A stretch of DNA of 64,000 bases from Alphaproteobacteria bacterium (lineage in GTDB: Bacteria; Pseudomonadota; Alphaproteobacteria; JABAAW01), in the NCBI GenBank assembly GCA_965216625.1, contig OZ244186.1, forward strand, positions 1,347,594 to 1,411,593. The letters are read 5' to 3'. Shown one piece after another: positions 50,508 to 60,547 of this stretch. Positions within the stretch are counted from its first letter, which is position 1. Each line of letters opens with the position of its first letter. The translations under genes were made by a program, and so were the position numbers. Under the pieces are notes generated by a model. It had not been told where the DNA came from. It saw only the letters and a list, made by a program, of their open reading frames with translations, and did no database searches.

Positions 50508-51017
50508 TTGCAATCCCTGAGGCATCTCGTCGAAAAAACCACGCAAGTCTGGGCATGGCTCGGTGCCACAACACTAGCCGCCATCGCCGCCATGACAACC
50601 CTCAGCGTCATCGGACGAACCCTCCTCGCTAAACCCCTGCTCGGCGATTTCGAAATCACAGAACTCGCCTGCGCCACAGCAATCTTTATGTTCCTGCCTC
50701 TCGCACAATGGCACCTCGACCACACAACCGTCGATATCTTCACCCAAAACACCTCCAAACGCTTTAAATTTTTCTGCCAAAAAATAGCACAGAGCGCAAC
50801 GCTCCTCATAACCCTCCTGCTCCTATGGCGCATGACGCTCGGCGCACAACAACTCCAACAAGCACAAGAGGTGACCACAATACTAGGACTGCCGCGATAC
50901 CTCCCCTTCCCCATAATCCTCCTCTCCCTCATCCTGCTCGCCTGCGTGCTGCTCGTCCAACTAACCCACAAAGACAAAAAAGACGACCCCAACAATAACC
51001 CCTCCTCCGCAGCATGA
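50508..51017 (+). CDS. dctQ: TRAP transporter small permease (DctQ family)
   Basis: 169 aa with four TM helices. It overlaps dctM by 4 nt. Confidence 0.7.
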   Translation: MQSLRHLVEKTTQVWAWLGATTLAAIAAMTTLSVIGRTLLAKPLLGDFEITELACATAIFMFLPLAQWHLDHTTVDIFTQNTSKRFKFFCQKIAQSATLLITLLLLWRMTLGAQQLQQAQEVTTILGLPRYLPFPIILLSLILLACVLLVQLTHKDKKDDPNNNPSSAA

Positions 51018-52342
51018 CGATCGCCCTCGTCCTCACAACCCTGCTGCTTTTGCTCGTCCTACGCCTGCCTGTCGCGGTCGCCATGATAGCAAGCGCAAGC
51101 CTCGGCTTTGCCCTGCTAGGCGCCTTTTCCAACATGCTCTCATACTGGAAAACCGCCGGCTTTTGGCTTTTCTCCTCCTACGACCTCTCGGTTATCCCGC
51201 TTTTTATTCTGATGGGACAATGCGCAGCACGCTCCGGCTTGAGCCAAAGCCTCTTTCGCGCAGCGCGCTCCGCCATCGGACACAAACGCGGAGGACTGGC
51301 AATGGCAGCCATCGCAGGCTGCGCAGGCTTTGCCGCCATGTGCGGCTCGTCGCTAGCAACCGCCGCAACAATGGGACGCGTCGCTCTGCCCGAACTGCGA
51401 GCTAACAATTACGAAGGAGGCTTCGCCGCCGCTACCCTCGCTATCGGAGGAACGCTGGGAATCCTTATTCCTCCCTCCATCGTGCTTGTCATCTTCGCCA
51501 TCATCACCGAGGCGAATATCGCCAAACTCTTCGCCGCAGCTCTCATCCCCGGCATGCTCGCCGCCGCCCTCTACATGACGACAGCCGCCCTCTACGCACG
51601 CAAGAATCCGCAGAACGCTCCCCCCGCGCCGCGCGCCTCCCGCGCCGAGCAACGACACGCGCTGCTGCAAGTCCTGCCCGCCTTCGCCGTCATCGCGCTC
51701 GTCATCGGAGGGCTCTACGCAGGTTGGACAACGCCGAGCGAAGCCGCCGCACTCGGCTGTAGTGCCGTCTTCTGTCACTTCCTCATCACCGCATACAGAA
51801 AAAAAACCCAACACCGAATCGGCACAGACTTGCTCGCCATCCTCTCCGAGACCGCACGCGCGAGCGCAATGATTTTCTTCATCCTGCTCGCCGCCGACCT
51901 GTTGAGCGCCTTCCTCGCGCTCGCAGGATTGCCACAAGCCCTCGCGCACACGCTTGCCTCTAACGCGCTCGCTCCCTACAGCCTTCTGCTGCTCACCATG
52001 CTTTTGTTGGTGCTGCTCGGCTGCTTTCTCGATAGCCTCTCGATCGTCGTCCTGACGATGCCCCTGCTCTGGCCCGTGCTGAGCGGCTTGGACTTCGGCA
52101 TGCCGCCCGAACACTTCCAGCTGTGGTTCGGCATCCTCGCGCTCATTCTCGTCGAGGTCGGACTCATTACCCCACCCGTAGGACTGAACTGCCTCATCAT
52201 CCACCGTATCGCGCAAACCGTGCCACTACAGCGTATCTTTCGCGCCTCCATCCCCTACCTCTCGGCAGACTTGCTCCGCATCGCGCTGCTGTTGCTCTTT
52301 CCGCAAATCGTCCTGTGGCTGCCGAAATTTCTCAATCTCTAG
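51014..52342 (+). CDS. dctM: TRAP transporter large permease (DctM family)
   Basis: 442 aa, polytopic, with DctM-like conserved glycines. No dctP substrate-binding gene is adjacent. Confidence 0.8.
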   Translation: MTIALVLTTLLLLLVLRLPVAVAMIASASLGFALLGAFSNMLSYWKTAGFWLFSSYDLSVIPLFILMGQCAARSGLSQSLFRAARSAIGHKRGGLAMAAIAGCAGFAAMCGSSLATAATMGRVALPELRANNYEGGFAAATLAIGGTLGILIPPSIVLVIFAIITEANIAKLFAAALIPGMLAAALYMTTAALYARKNPQNAPPAPRASRAEQRHALLQVLPAFAVIALVIGGLYAGWTTPSEAAALGCSAVFCHFLITAYRKKTQHRIGTDLLAILSETARASAMIFFILLAADLLSAFLALAGLPQALAHTLASNALAPYSLLLLTMLLLVLLGCFLDSLSIVVLTMPLLWPVLSGLDFGMPPEHFQLWFGILALILVEVGLITPPVGLNCLIIHRIAQTVPLQRIFRASIPYLSADLLRIALLLLFPQIVLWLPKFLNL

Positions 52343-53490
52343 AACGCTCCTATAACCGCCGCCACAACTTCCTCCTGTTGCGCAAGCGTCAAATACGGAT
52401 GCATCGGCAGGCTGATAACCTCCGCCGCCGCGCGCGTAGCTTCAGGAACACCACCGCCAACGACAGGACAATGCCGAAAAGCCTCCTGAGCGCATAACGC
52501 AAGAGGGTAGTGGACAAGCGTAGCAACCCCCGCAGCCGCACAACTCTCGCGAATGGCATCGCGTCGCGCACTCCGCAGCGTGTATTGTCCCCACACGCAA
52601 GCTCGCCCCGCAAGAACGCGCGGCAAACGCAACAAAGACTTGTCTCCCAGCTCGTTCTTTTGTCGCAACGCCTGTTGAAAAAGCTTTTCATAAGTTTCTG
52701 CCACCGCTTGTCGTTGCAACAGCTCACTCTCGAAGATGGTCAGTTTTGCCAACAAAATAGCCGCTTGCAGCGTATCCAAGCGCGAGTTCGTCCCAAGCCT
52801 GCGGTGACGATAACGATGTCCTGCCTGCTGCCCGTGGTTTGCAATCTCGCGCACGATCCGCGCACGCTCTGCATCGTCCGAAAAAACAGCACCGCCGTCG
52901 CCGTAGCAGCCCAAGGTCTTTGTCGGGAAGAAGCTCGTGATCGCCGCATCGCCCAAAGAGACGGTCGAGCGTCCATCGTAACGCGCGCCCAAGCTCTGGG
53001 CTGCGTCGATCAAAAAGAACAACTCCTCCTCCCGCGCCACAGCGAGCAGACTCTCGTAATCGCAAGGAAGCCCGTACAGCTCGACCGCCATGACGGCTTT
53101 GGCAGCAAGCCCTTGCCCACGCGCATCGAGCAGCGCGCGTTTCAAAGAGCCCACATCGAGCGTGAAGTCCTCGTCGATATCGACAAAGAAAGGCATCGCT
53201 CCGCATAACAGCACCGCCTCTGCGCTCGCGGCAAAGGTGAAGGCGGGGACGAACACGGCATCGCCCGCGCCGATCCCCTCTGCCCGCAAGGCAATGGCTA
53301 AGGCATCTGTGCCGTTTGCACAGGCGATCGTGTGCGCAACCCCGTTCTGCTCAGAGAGCCTCGCCTCCAACGCCCCAACCTCAGGTCCCAAGACGAACTG
53401 CCCATGCGCAAGCACGCGCTCGATCCCCTCTGCAAGCGTTACCTCGATGCGCGCACGCTGCGCCGCCAGGTCGATAAATAAAACCGCCAT
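52339..53490 (-). CDS. DegT/DnrJ/EryC1/StrS-family PLP-dependent sugar aminotransferase
   Basis: GPEV..LE, IACANGTDAL and the PLP lysine context SFFPTKTLGCYGDGGAV. Confidence 0.8.
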   Translation of the reverse strand: MAVLFIDLAAQRARIEVTLAEGIERVLAHGQFVLGPEVGALEARLSEQNGVAHTIACANGTDALAIALRAEGIGAGDAVFVPAFTFAASAEAVLLCGAMPFFVDIDEDFTLDVGSLKRALLDARGQGLAAKAVMAVELYGLPCDYESLLAVAREEELFFLIDAAQSLGARYDGRSTVSLGDAAITSFFPTKTLGCYGDGGAVFSDDAERARIVREIANHGQQAGHRYRHRRLGTNSRLDTLQAAILLAKLTIFESELLQRQAVAETYEKLFQQALRQKNELGDKSLLRLPRVLAGRACVWGQYTLRSARRDAIRESCAAAGVATLVHYPLALCAQEAFRHCPVVGGGVPEATRAAAEVISLPMHPYLTLAQQEEVVAAVIGAF

Positions 53491-53593
53491 GTTGCAGCCG
53501 CGCTAACTAACTCACTAAAGCTCAACAGCCTGTCTGCTTGATCTGTCTGCTTGATCTGTCTTTTGGCAGGAACACTTTCTACAACGCGTTGAT

Positions 53594-54538
53594 CTACAGG
53601 TACTTGCGCGCAAACGGATGCGGCTCGCCCATATTCACTTGCAGAGCGTGTTCGCGGATCTCGCTGACAATTTGAATCGAAGGACGCGCCTCCTCGATAC
53701 CCAAACCCTTGCCCTCCATCACGCTACGATAGACCTCCGAGTGCAAGTCGGTGAAGCCGTCGGAAAACTCGATCGCGCGCTTGTCCAAACGAATGTTTCG
53801 ATACGGCTGATCCGCCGCGCTGCCCTCAGGCAAGTCGTTGCGATCGATCGACAAATACCACCGCACGCGCGCGCGCTCCAACTCCATATAACCCGCGACA
53901 CGCTGCTTGTCTCGAACATGCACGATGTTCAGCGAAACCTTTCCAAACAGCACATGCAGCATGTCGAAGAAATGAATTCCGATCGTCGTCGCCAATCCGC
54001 CGGACTTGCTCTCCTCGCCCTTCCACGAGGTCTGAAACCACGGGCCGCGCGGCGTAATATAGGTGAGCTCCACATCGTGAACCTTGTCGGAAGATACCAG
54101 CTCATCGCGCAGCTTCATGATGTCAGGATGCAAGCGCAACTGCAACACAACATAAACACGACGCCCTGTCTCGTGTTCCAACTCCTGCAAGCCGTCCAAG
54201 TTCGAGGGGTTCAGCACTAATGGCTTCTCGCAGATCGCATCGGCGCCCGCGCGCAAGGCGTAGCGAATGTGCGAATCGTGAAGGTAATCGGGAGAAACAA
54301 TACCCATATAGTTAACATGCTCGCCGCGACGGTTGCACTGATCGATGAACCTCTCAAAGCGCTCGAACTCCTTGAAGAACCGAGCATCGGGGAAGTAGCG
54401 ATCCATAAACCCAATTGCGTCGTTCGGGTCCATCGCCGCCAGCAGGTCTCCGTCCACCTCCTTGATCGCCTTCATGTGACGCGGGGCGACATAGCCCGCC
54501 GCCCCGATCAACGAGAAGGTTTTTTTCCGTGCGCTCAC
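53594..54538 (-). CDS. Gfo/Idh/MocA-family NAD-dependent sugar oxidoreductase
   Basis: Rossmann start FSLIGAAGYVAPRHMKAI and the EKP motif (AICEKPL). Confidence 0.75.
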   Translation of the reverse strand: MSARKKTFSLIGAAGYVAPRHMKAIKEVDGDLLAAMDPNDAIGFMDRYFPDARFFKEFERFERFIDQCNRRGEHVNYMGIVSPDYLHDSHIRYALRAGADAICEKPLVLNPSNLDGLQELEHETGRRVYVVLQLRLHPDIMKLRDELVSSDKVHDVELTYITPRGPWFQTSWKGEESKSGGLATTIGIHFFDMLHVLFGKVSLNIVHVRDKQRVAGYMELERARVRWYLSIDRNDLPEGSAADQPYRNIRLDKRAIEFSDGFTDLHSEVYRSVMEGKGLGIEEARPSIQIVSEIREHALQVNMGEPHPFARKYL

Positions 54539-55836
54539 GCTCTGCCCTCCCCGCCGTCCTGCTTCGGCAAAAGCAGCGCACCGCCCAACAGAAACAGCAA
54601 GATCGGCAGCAAGCCCAATCTGTTATCGGCAAGGAGGATTGTTGCGGCAGAGACTGACAAGGGTCCCAAGAATGCCGTCGCCTTCCCTGAAAGCGCGTAC
54701 CATCCGAAGGCTTGTCCTGCCGCTTCTTGCGGCACGAGGCGAGAAAGAATCACACGGCTGGAGGATTGCAGCGGTCCGAAGAAGACCCCCATCGTCAGAG
54801 CGCAAAGCCAAAAGAGCGGCTTGCCTGGCAAGGCTATCAAGCCCAAGCCCAACAGCAAGACGGCGATCACCGAGAAGCGGACGATTCTGATCGCTCCCAC
54901 GCGATTTTCGATCAACCCGCCGACCATCGCTCCGAGCGCGGCCGTGATGTTCAGCAAGATACCGAACAGCAAAACGCCCTGAAGCGAAAAGCCATGCACG
55001 CCGACAGCAAAGATACCTCCGACGGCAAAGATCGTCGTGACGCCGTCGCTGTAGAGCATGCGCGCGAGCAGGAAGCGTCCTGTGCGCGACAAACCGCGAC
55101 CTTGCCAAAGCAAGAGTTTAGGCACCTTATCTTTACCTTTGCGACGCTCCACTTTTGCCAGTCCTTGCCTGCGGAACAAGATCCAAAAAAACGGCAGGGA
55201 GAAAATAAAAAACCATAATCCCGCCAGCACAAACACGGCACGCACATGTTCTGCTCCCTCATGGGTCAATCCGAATGGAGGCTGTTCGGGTTGAATGAAA
55301 AACAGCAATGCGATGAGCAACGCGGACAAGCCTCCCAAATAGCCTAGCCCCCAAGCCACCCCCGACAGCAAGCCTCGCTGCTTGTCGGGTAGCAGCGATG
55401 GGATCAAGGCGTTGTACAGAAACGCCGAAAGCTCAAAGGCAACATTCGCCAAACCCACGACGAGCAGCACGCTCCACAGCGCGCGTTCGCCTGGCACGGC
55501 AAACCATAACAGCGCGCACAGCACCATCGTTGCCACCGAGAAGAACAACAGCAAGCTGCGCATTGTTCCCGTTCGATCGGCAATCCGCCCCAACAACGGA
55601 GCTGCCACTGCGACGAGCAACGCCGACCACCCTATCGCTTGCGTCCAATAGACTTGTCCTAACACGGCATCGCCGACGATGGCTTTTGCAAAAAAAGCGG
55701 GAAAGACAAAGGTCACGATCAGCGTTGGGAAGGCAGAATTTGCCCAATCGAAGCTGCACCAAGCCCACATGGCTTGCTTGCTAGAAAAAACGCGTTTGTT
55801 ATTTTTTGCGTCGTTTTTTGCGTCTTTTTTTGCCAT
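54535..55836 (-). CDS. MFS transporter (UMF1/Atg22-like family)
   Basis: 12 predicted TM helices and the MFS signature GRIADRTG. It overlaps the preceding gene by 4 nt. Confidence 0.7.
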   Translation of the reverse strand: MAKKDAKNDAKNNKRVFSSKQAMWAWCSFDWANSAFPTLIVTFVFPAFFAKAIVGDAVLGQVYWTQAIGWSALLVAVAAPLLGRIADRTGTMRSLLLFFSVATMVLCALLWFAVPGERALWSVLLVVGLANVAFELSAFLYNALIPSLLPDKQRGLLSGVAWGLGYLGGLSALLIALLFFIQPEQPPFGLTHEGAEHVRAVFVLAGLWFFIFSLPFFWILFRRQGLAKVERRKGKDKVPKLLLWQGRGLSRTGRFLLARMLYSDGVTTIFAVGGIFAVGVHGFSLQGVLLFGILLNITAALGAMVGGLIENRVGAIRIVRFSVIAVLLLGLGLIALPGKPLFWLCALTMGVFFGPLQSSSRVILSRLVPQEAAGQAFGWYALSGKATAFLGPLSVSAATILLADNRLGLLPILLFLLGGALLLPKQDGGEGRA

Positions 55837-55988
55837 GCTTTTGTTCTCCTCGAAGTGTCTCTGTTGTTGCGTTGTCGTTTCTCTTTATTGATTTTTACTC
55901 CTCGAAGCCACTCTTCGTCTTACTCTTCGTCCTCAGCTAAGTCCTGCTCTTGCGCGGAGAGGAAGGTTCGTCTAGAGTGTTTCGAGAT

Positions 55989-56063
55989 GCGGGCGTAGCT
56001 CAGGGGTAGAGCGCAACCTTGCCAAGGTTGAAGTCGAGGGTTCGAATCCCTTCGCCCGCTCCA
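55989..56063 (+). tRNA. tRNA-Gly (anticodon GCC), CCA encoded
   Basis: GCGGGCGTAGCTCAGGGGTAGAGCGCAACCTTGCCAAGGTTGAAGTCGAGGGTTCGAATCCCTTCGCCCGCTCCA. Confidence 0.9.
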
Positions 56064-56259
56064 ACGATACGCACCACAAGAGGCTTGGGGGAGGCTTGGG
56101 GAGGCTTGCCATCGCCAACGCTTACAACCTAGCATATCCTAAGGCTTTGTAAAGGAAGAAACACCCCCGTGCCTTATGCTCGCTTGTTCCGTCCCCCCTT
56201 CGCGCCAAACCCAACGCGCGCGCCGCAGCTTGCCGAGCGCCTTGAACATCGCCATAGGC

Positions 56260-56745
56260 ATGATTTTGGGCATGATCTTGTGCCTGCTCTCCGCGCTGTA
56301 TTGCGTCAACGATGCGATGGGACAAACGCCACTCAAACCCTTCGAACCCTATTTTCTGAGTCTGCGCTTCAACGAAACCTACATGCGCTCAGGTCCTGGT
56401 CGTCAGTATCCCGCTCTGTGGGTCTATCGACGCTTGGGGATGCCTATAGAAATCATCGGACACTTCGACGACTGGCGCAAAGTGCGCGACTTCCAAGGCG
56501 ATGTCGGCTGGATGCTGTCGAACCAACTGCAACGCCGCCGCGCCGTGATCGTGCTGCTGCCTGAAGTGGGGCTCTACAAAGAGCCTGACACGAAGAGCGT
56601 GAAGATCGCGCGCCTCGGCAAGGAGGTGGTCGCGCGCGTGCAACGCTGCGACCACGAGTGGTGTCGGCTGTTGATCGACAGGCACGAAGGATGGACACGA
56701 CGCGGAGGATTGTGGGGGCTTGCCGAAGAGGAAACTTTGCCATGA
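56260..56745 (+). CDS. Secreted bacterial SH3-like domain protein (track ORF starts at 56176)
   Basis: Signal peptide MILGMILCLLSALYCVNDA. The SH3b-like pattern is LRFNETYMRSGPGRQYPALWVYRRLGMPIEIIGHFDDWRKVRDFQGDVGWM. Confidence 0.45.
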   Translation: MILGMILCLLSALYCVNDAMGQTPLKPFEPYFLSLRFNETYMRSGPGRQYPALWVYRRLGMPIEIIGHFDDWRKVRDFQGDVGWMLSNQLQRRRAVIVLLPEVGLYKEPDTKSVKIARLGKEVVARVQRCDHEWCRLLIDRHEGWTRRGGLWGLAEEETLP

Positions 56746-58106
56746 CAAAAAACAACAGCAAAGAACGACGCTACTTCGGCACCGACGGCATGCGCGGCAC
56801 AGCGAACAGCGCGCCGATCACGCCTGAACTCGTGCTGCGGCTCGCGGAAGCGGCTGCTGTTTTCTTCCGCAAAGGCACGCGACGCCATGGGGTCGTCATC
56901 GGCAAGGACACACGCCTTTCCGGCTACATGCTCGAGCCCGCGCTGACGGCGGGTTTTGTCTCGATGGGCTTTGATGTCACCCTCGTCGGCCCCATGCCGA
57001 CCCCTGCCGTCGCCATGCTGACCCGCTCGATGCGCGCCGATTTGGGCGTCGTCATCTCGGCGTCGCACAACCCCTACTGCGACAACGGCATCAAGCTCTT
57101 CGCCCAAGACGGCTTCAAACTCGACGACAGCAGCGAGCAGCGAATCGAAGAACTCATGCACGACACGACGCTCAAACGCGCGCGTCCCGAACGGCTGGGA
57201 CGCGCACAACGAATCGAAGACGCACCAGGGCGTTATATCGAGTTCGTCAAAAACTCCTTTCCACGCAACCTAGATCTGAAGGGGTTGAAGATCGCGCTCG
57301 ATTGCGCGCACGGCGCCGCCTATCGCGTGATGCCGCCGATTATAACCGAGCTCGGCGCAAAGATCGTAAAGCAGGTCGGAACTAACCCCGACGGAACGAA
57401 CATCAACAAGAACTGCGGCGCAACAGTGCCGAGCCGTATCGCCGAAATCACTCTAGCCTCAGGTGCCGACATCGGCATCGCCGTCGACGGCGACGCCGAC
57501 CGCTTGCTCGTCGTCTCGAAGCAGGGACGTGTCGTCGACGGCAATCACCTGCTGGCTGCCATCGCAACGCACCTGCTCGAAGCCGACGAAATACGCGGCG
57601 GCAGCGTCGTCTCTACCATCCTCGCCAACTTGGGCTTGGAGCGATACCTGGAAAGAAAAAATCTCTCTCTGCTGCGCACCGAGGTCGGAGACCGCTATGT
57701 CGTCGAACGCATGCGACAAACGCACTGCAACATTGGCGGAGAACCCTCAGGACACATCGTCCTCTCCGACTACGCAACGACAGGCGACGCGCTCGTCGCA
57801 GCCTTGCAAGTTTGCGCTATCGTCGTGCGGAGCGGACACAGCGTCGACTCCTTCTCGCAACTCTTCGAACTCGTGCCGCAACAATCCATCAGCATACCCC
57901 TGCCCAATCCACGCGAAATACTCGCCGACGAAACGCTACAAAAAACTCTCGCCAAAATGAAACAGCACATCGCGCAACAAAAAGGAAGGCTCGTCGTGCG
58001 CGCCTCGGGAACAGAGAAGGTCGTGCGAGCAATGGCGGAAGCCGAAGACGAAGGGTTGATAGTGGAAACCCTAGAGGCTTTGAAAAAAGCGCTGCTCGCC
58101 GCATGA
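56742..58106 (+). CDS. glmM: Phosphoglucosamine mutase
   Basis: RYFGTDGMRG, the active-site SASHNP and GGEPSGH. Confidence 0.9.
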   Translation: MTKNNSKERRYFGTDGMRGTANSAPITPELVLRLAEAAAVFFRKGTRRHGVVIGKDTRLSGYMLEPALTAGFVSMGFDVTLVGPMPTPAVAMLTRSMRADLGVVISASHNPYCDNGIKLFAQDGFKLDDSSEQRIEELMHDTTLKRARPERLGRAQRIEDAPGRYIEFVKNSFPRNLDLKGLKIALDCAHGAAYRVMPPIITELGAKIVKQVGTNPDGTNINKNCGATVPSRIAEITLASGADIGIAVDGDADRLLVVSKQGRVVDGNHLLAAIATHLLEADEIRGGSVVSTILANLGLERYLERKNLSLLRTEVGDRYVVERMRQTHCNIGGEPSGHIVLSDYATTGDALVAALQVCAIVVRSGHSVDSFSQLFELVPQQSISIPLPNPREILADETLQKTLAKMKQHIAQQKGRLVVRASGTEKVVRAMAEAEDEGLIVETLEALKKALLAA

Positions 58107-59170
58107 CGCAGCTCTTTACCGTCTCGAACGAAACTATGTCTGAAAGCTTCGCCGAAAGCTTCTCCGCACAACAATGCCGACACGCCAGCATCGCCATCGG
58201 AAACTTCGACGGGCTGCACCGAGGACACCTCGCCCTGTTGCGCACCATGCGTGACAAAAACCTGCCTCGCCCGTGGGTCTTCCTCACCTTCGAACCCCAT
58301 CCGCGACAATTCTTCGCGCCCGATGCTCCTCCCTTTCGCCTCTCCCACAGCGCGCAAAAGCGACGCTGGCTTGCCGAGCACAAGGTCGATGCCTTGCTGG
58401 TCGCCACCTTCGAGCAAAGCCTCGCCGCGCTCGCACCCCACACCTTCGTCGAGCGATTTCTCGTGCAAGGCTTGCAGGCGCGCGACATCGTCGTCGGAGA
58501 AAACTTCGTCTTCGGACACAAACGACAAGGCACGCTGGCAACGCTACGCGACTTCGAAATGCGCGACGCCTTTCGTGTGCACGCCGTTCCTCTTTTGAGC
58601 TTGGGCAAAACCCTCTACGCTTCCTCGCGCGCACGAGCGGCGATACGCGAGGCACAACTCGACGAGGCGCGTAGCGTCTTGGGACGCAGTTTTGAAATCG
58701 AGGGCGTCGTGCAAAAAGGAAAAGGACTGGGGAGTCGGCTCGGCTTTCCCACCGCCAACATCGACCCCGTCGACTACTGTCAGCCTCGGTTTGGCGTCTA
58801 CGATGTTTCGGTCCTCCGCGGGCAGGAGCGCTGGGATGCCGTTGCCAGCTTCGGCAAGCGTCCGACGCTGGGAGAGGGACTTTCGCCTTTGTTGGAGTTG
58901 CATTTCTTCGACCGCTCCGAGACGCTCTACGGCGAGACGCTACGCGTCAGCTTCGAGCGGTTTCAGCGTCCCGAACAGCACTACGAATCGCTTGCCGCCT
59001 TGCAAGCGCAAATCGCCAAGGATGTCGCCTCGTCGCGAGCCTACTTCGCCAAACGAATCCTGAAGCGCAACCCCTCCTCCGTTTCCTCTGCTCCCTCCGC
59101 GCCTGAGCGAGAATCGCTGCAGAGGCGAGGAGACGAAAAGCAACAGATCGCCTCGCAACCCTTGCGATGA
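58103..59170 (+). CDS. ribF: Bifunctional riboflavin kinase / FMN adenylyltransferase
   Basis: IAIGNFDGLHRGH, then the riboflavin kinase region GKGLGSRLGFPTANI. Its start overlaps the glmM stop (ATGA). Confidence 0.85.
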   Translation: MTQLFTVSNETMSESFAESFSAQQCRHASIAIGNFDGLHRGHLALLRTMRDKNLPRPWVFLTFEPHPRQFFAPDAPPFRLSHSAQKRRWLAEHKVDALLVATFEQSLAALAPHTFVERFLVQGLQARDIVVGENFVFGHKRQGTLATLRDFEMRDAFRVHAVPLLSLGKTLYASSRARAAIREAQLDEARSVLGRSFEIEGVVQKGKGLGSRLGFPTANIDPVDYCQPRFGVYDVSVLRGQERWDAVASFGKRPTLGEGLSPLLELHFFDRSETLYGETLRVSFERFQRPEQHYESLAALQAQIAKDVASSRAYFAKRILKRNPSSVSSAPSAPERESLQRRGDEKQQIASQPLR

Positions 59171-59985
59171 CAAAAACAGTTGCAGAAGTAACGCTTGCCG
59201 TTCTCGGCGCAGGAGGACGCATGGGACAAGCGGTGCTCGACGAGGGAGAGCGCGAGCCGCGCGTGTCGACGATGCTCGCGGTCTTCTCGCAAGACGCGGA
59301 GGTCTCGCAAGCTGCGCTACGCTGGAGCAAGGCTCGTGTGGCGAAGGATGCGGAAGCTGCGTTGGACGAGGTTGTCTCGTGTGGAGGAGCGGCTATCGAT
59401 TTCACCGCTCCTGAAGCTTCGGCAAGGTACGCGCGAATGGCGGCGAAGGTGGGATGTCCTTTTGTGTGCGGGACAACGGGCTTGGCGGAGCAAGAGATGC
59501 TGGCGTTGCGCGAGGCGAGCACGGATTGTGCGCTTGTCTATGCGGCAAACTTTTCTTTGGGGGTTGCCTTGCTTGCAACCTTGGTGGAGCGAGCGGCGGC
59601 ATTTTTGTCTGGGGAAGAGTTCGACGCGGAGATTTTCGAGATGCACCATCGGGAGAAAAAGGACGCTCCCTCTGGGACGGCATTGCGTTTGGGAAAGGCG
59701 GTCGAGCGGGGGAGGGGGCAGCAGAAGATCGGGGAGGCAAAAGGCGACAGGGGGGGGGTACGCGAGCGCGGCGAGGTAGGTTATGGCGTTTTGCGGGGAG
59801 GGGGTGTTATAGGCGAGCATCGCGTTTTCTTTGCTGGCAGGGACGAGCGCATCACGTTGGGACACGAGTCTTTTTCGCGCGCGCTTTTTGCAACGGGAGC
59901 TGTGAAGGCAGCCTTATGGGCGTGCGAACAAAAACCAGGTTTTTATTCCGTTGACGATATATTGAACCTTGACACCAAATGTTAA
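59167..59985 (+). CDS. dapB: 4-hydroxy-tetrahydrodipicolinate reductase
   Basis: LAVLGAGGRMGQAV and EIFEMHHREKKDAPSGTA (the DapB HHxxKxDxPSGTA motif). Confidence 0.85.
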   Translation: MTKTVAEVTLAVLGAGGRMGQAVLDEGEREPRVSTMLAVFSQDAEVSQAALRWSKARVAKDAEAALDEVVSCGGAAIDFTAPEASARYARMAAKVGCPFVCGTTGLAEQEMLALREASTDCALVYAANFSLGVALLATLVERAAAFLSGEEFDAEIFEMHHREKKDAPSGTALRLGKAVERGRGQQKIGEAKGDRGGVRERGEVGYGVLRGGGVIGEHRVFFAGRDERITLGHESFSRALFATGAVKAALWACEQKPGFYSVDDILNLDTKC

Positions 59986-60052
59986 CATTGATTCAAGATG
60001 ATAGAGAATATTTGTTGACCTACCCTACAAAAAATTAACAACACCATCCATG

Positions 60053-60547
60053 CTAAGTTTTTTCTTTGTAGACAACCTTTCCATTGCCCAAAGCCCATTG
60101 TTCCGAAAATCCTACATGCGAAATAACATTCTTGCTGTTATTAAGCTGGCGTTCTGTTTCTTCTACAGATTTTGAAACGTCCAGCTCGTAAATAGTTTTT
60201 ATTTTTGTTTGATTATCTGCATAAAAAACAATGAAGAAAATCTTGTGATTACGCGTAAGGCGACGCAGAGATTTGGCACGTCTTTCTGGCGGCGATTTAA
60301 ACATTCTGTCCAATTGTCCGGAGCCACCCTCCTTACAAGACAAATACTCGTACAGCAAAGACGAGTTATTCGGGTCGCAAGCATCCGCATGCCTCTTGGA
60401 AGTTAAAACTCTGTGTCCCAAACAATCGGCTATAATAATTTCTTTGACGAGACCAGGCTGAAACAGATTCGCGACACCAAGGTTTTTTGCAAGATGAGAG
60501 GCTTGCAAAATTAAATCAATGATTTTACTGTAAGGATTAAAAACCAT
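60053..60547 (-). CDS. Putative Type II restriction endonuclease (called from context; weak PD-(D/E)xK-like segment)
   Basis: 164 aa. A+T-rich. It overlaps the stop of the upstream methyltransferase by ~11 nt. The segment ADACD...EYLSCK may be a nuclease core. No family was recognised. Confidence 0.35.
   Translation of the reverse strand: MVFNPYSKIIDLILQASHLAKNLGVANLFQPGLVKEIIIADCLGHRVLTSKRHADACDPNNSSLLYEYLSCKEGGSGQLDRMFKSPPERRAKSLRRLTRNHKIFFIVFYADNQTKIKTIYELDVSKSVEETERQLNNSKNVISHVGFSEQWALGNGKVVYKEKT

Noticed and set aside
57812-59170. Track ORF suggesting ribF starts at 57812, inside glmM
   Set aside because: The N-terminal 97 aa are an Arg-rich out-of-frame read of glmM. The conserved RibF sequence begins at MTQLFTV (58103), overlapping the glmM stop.
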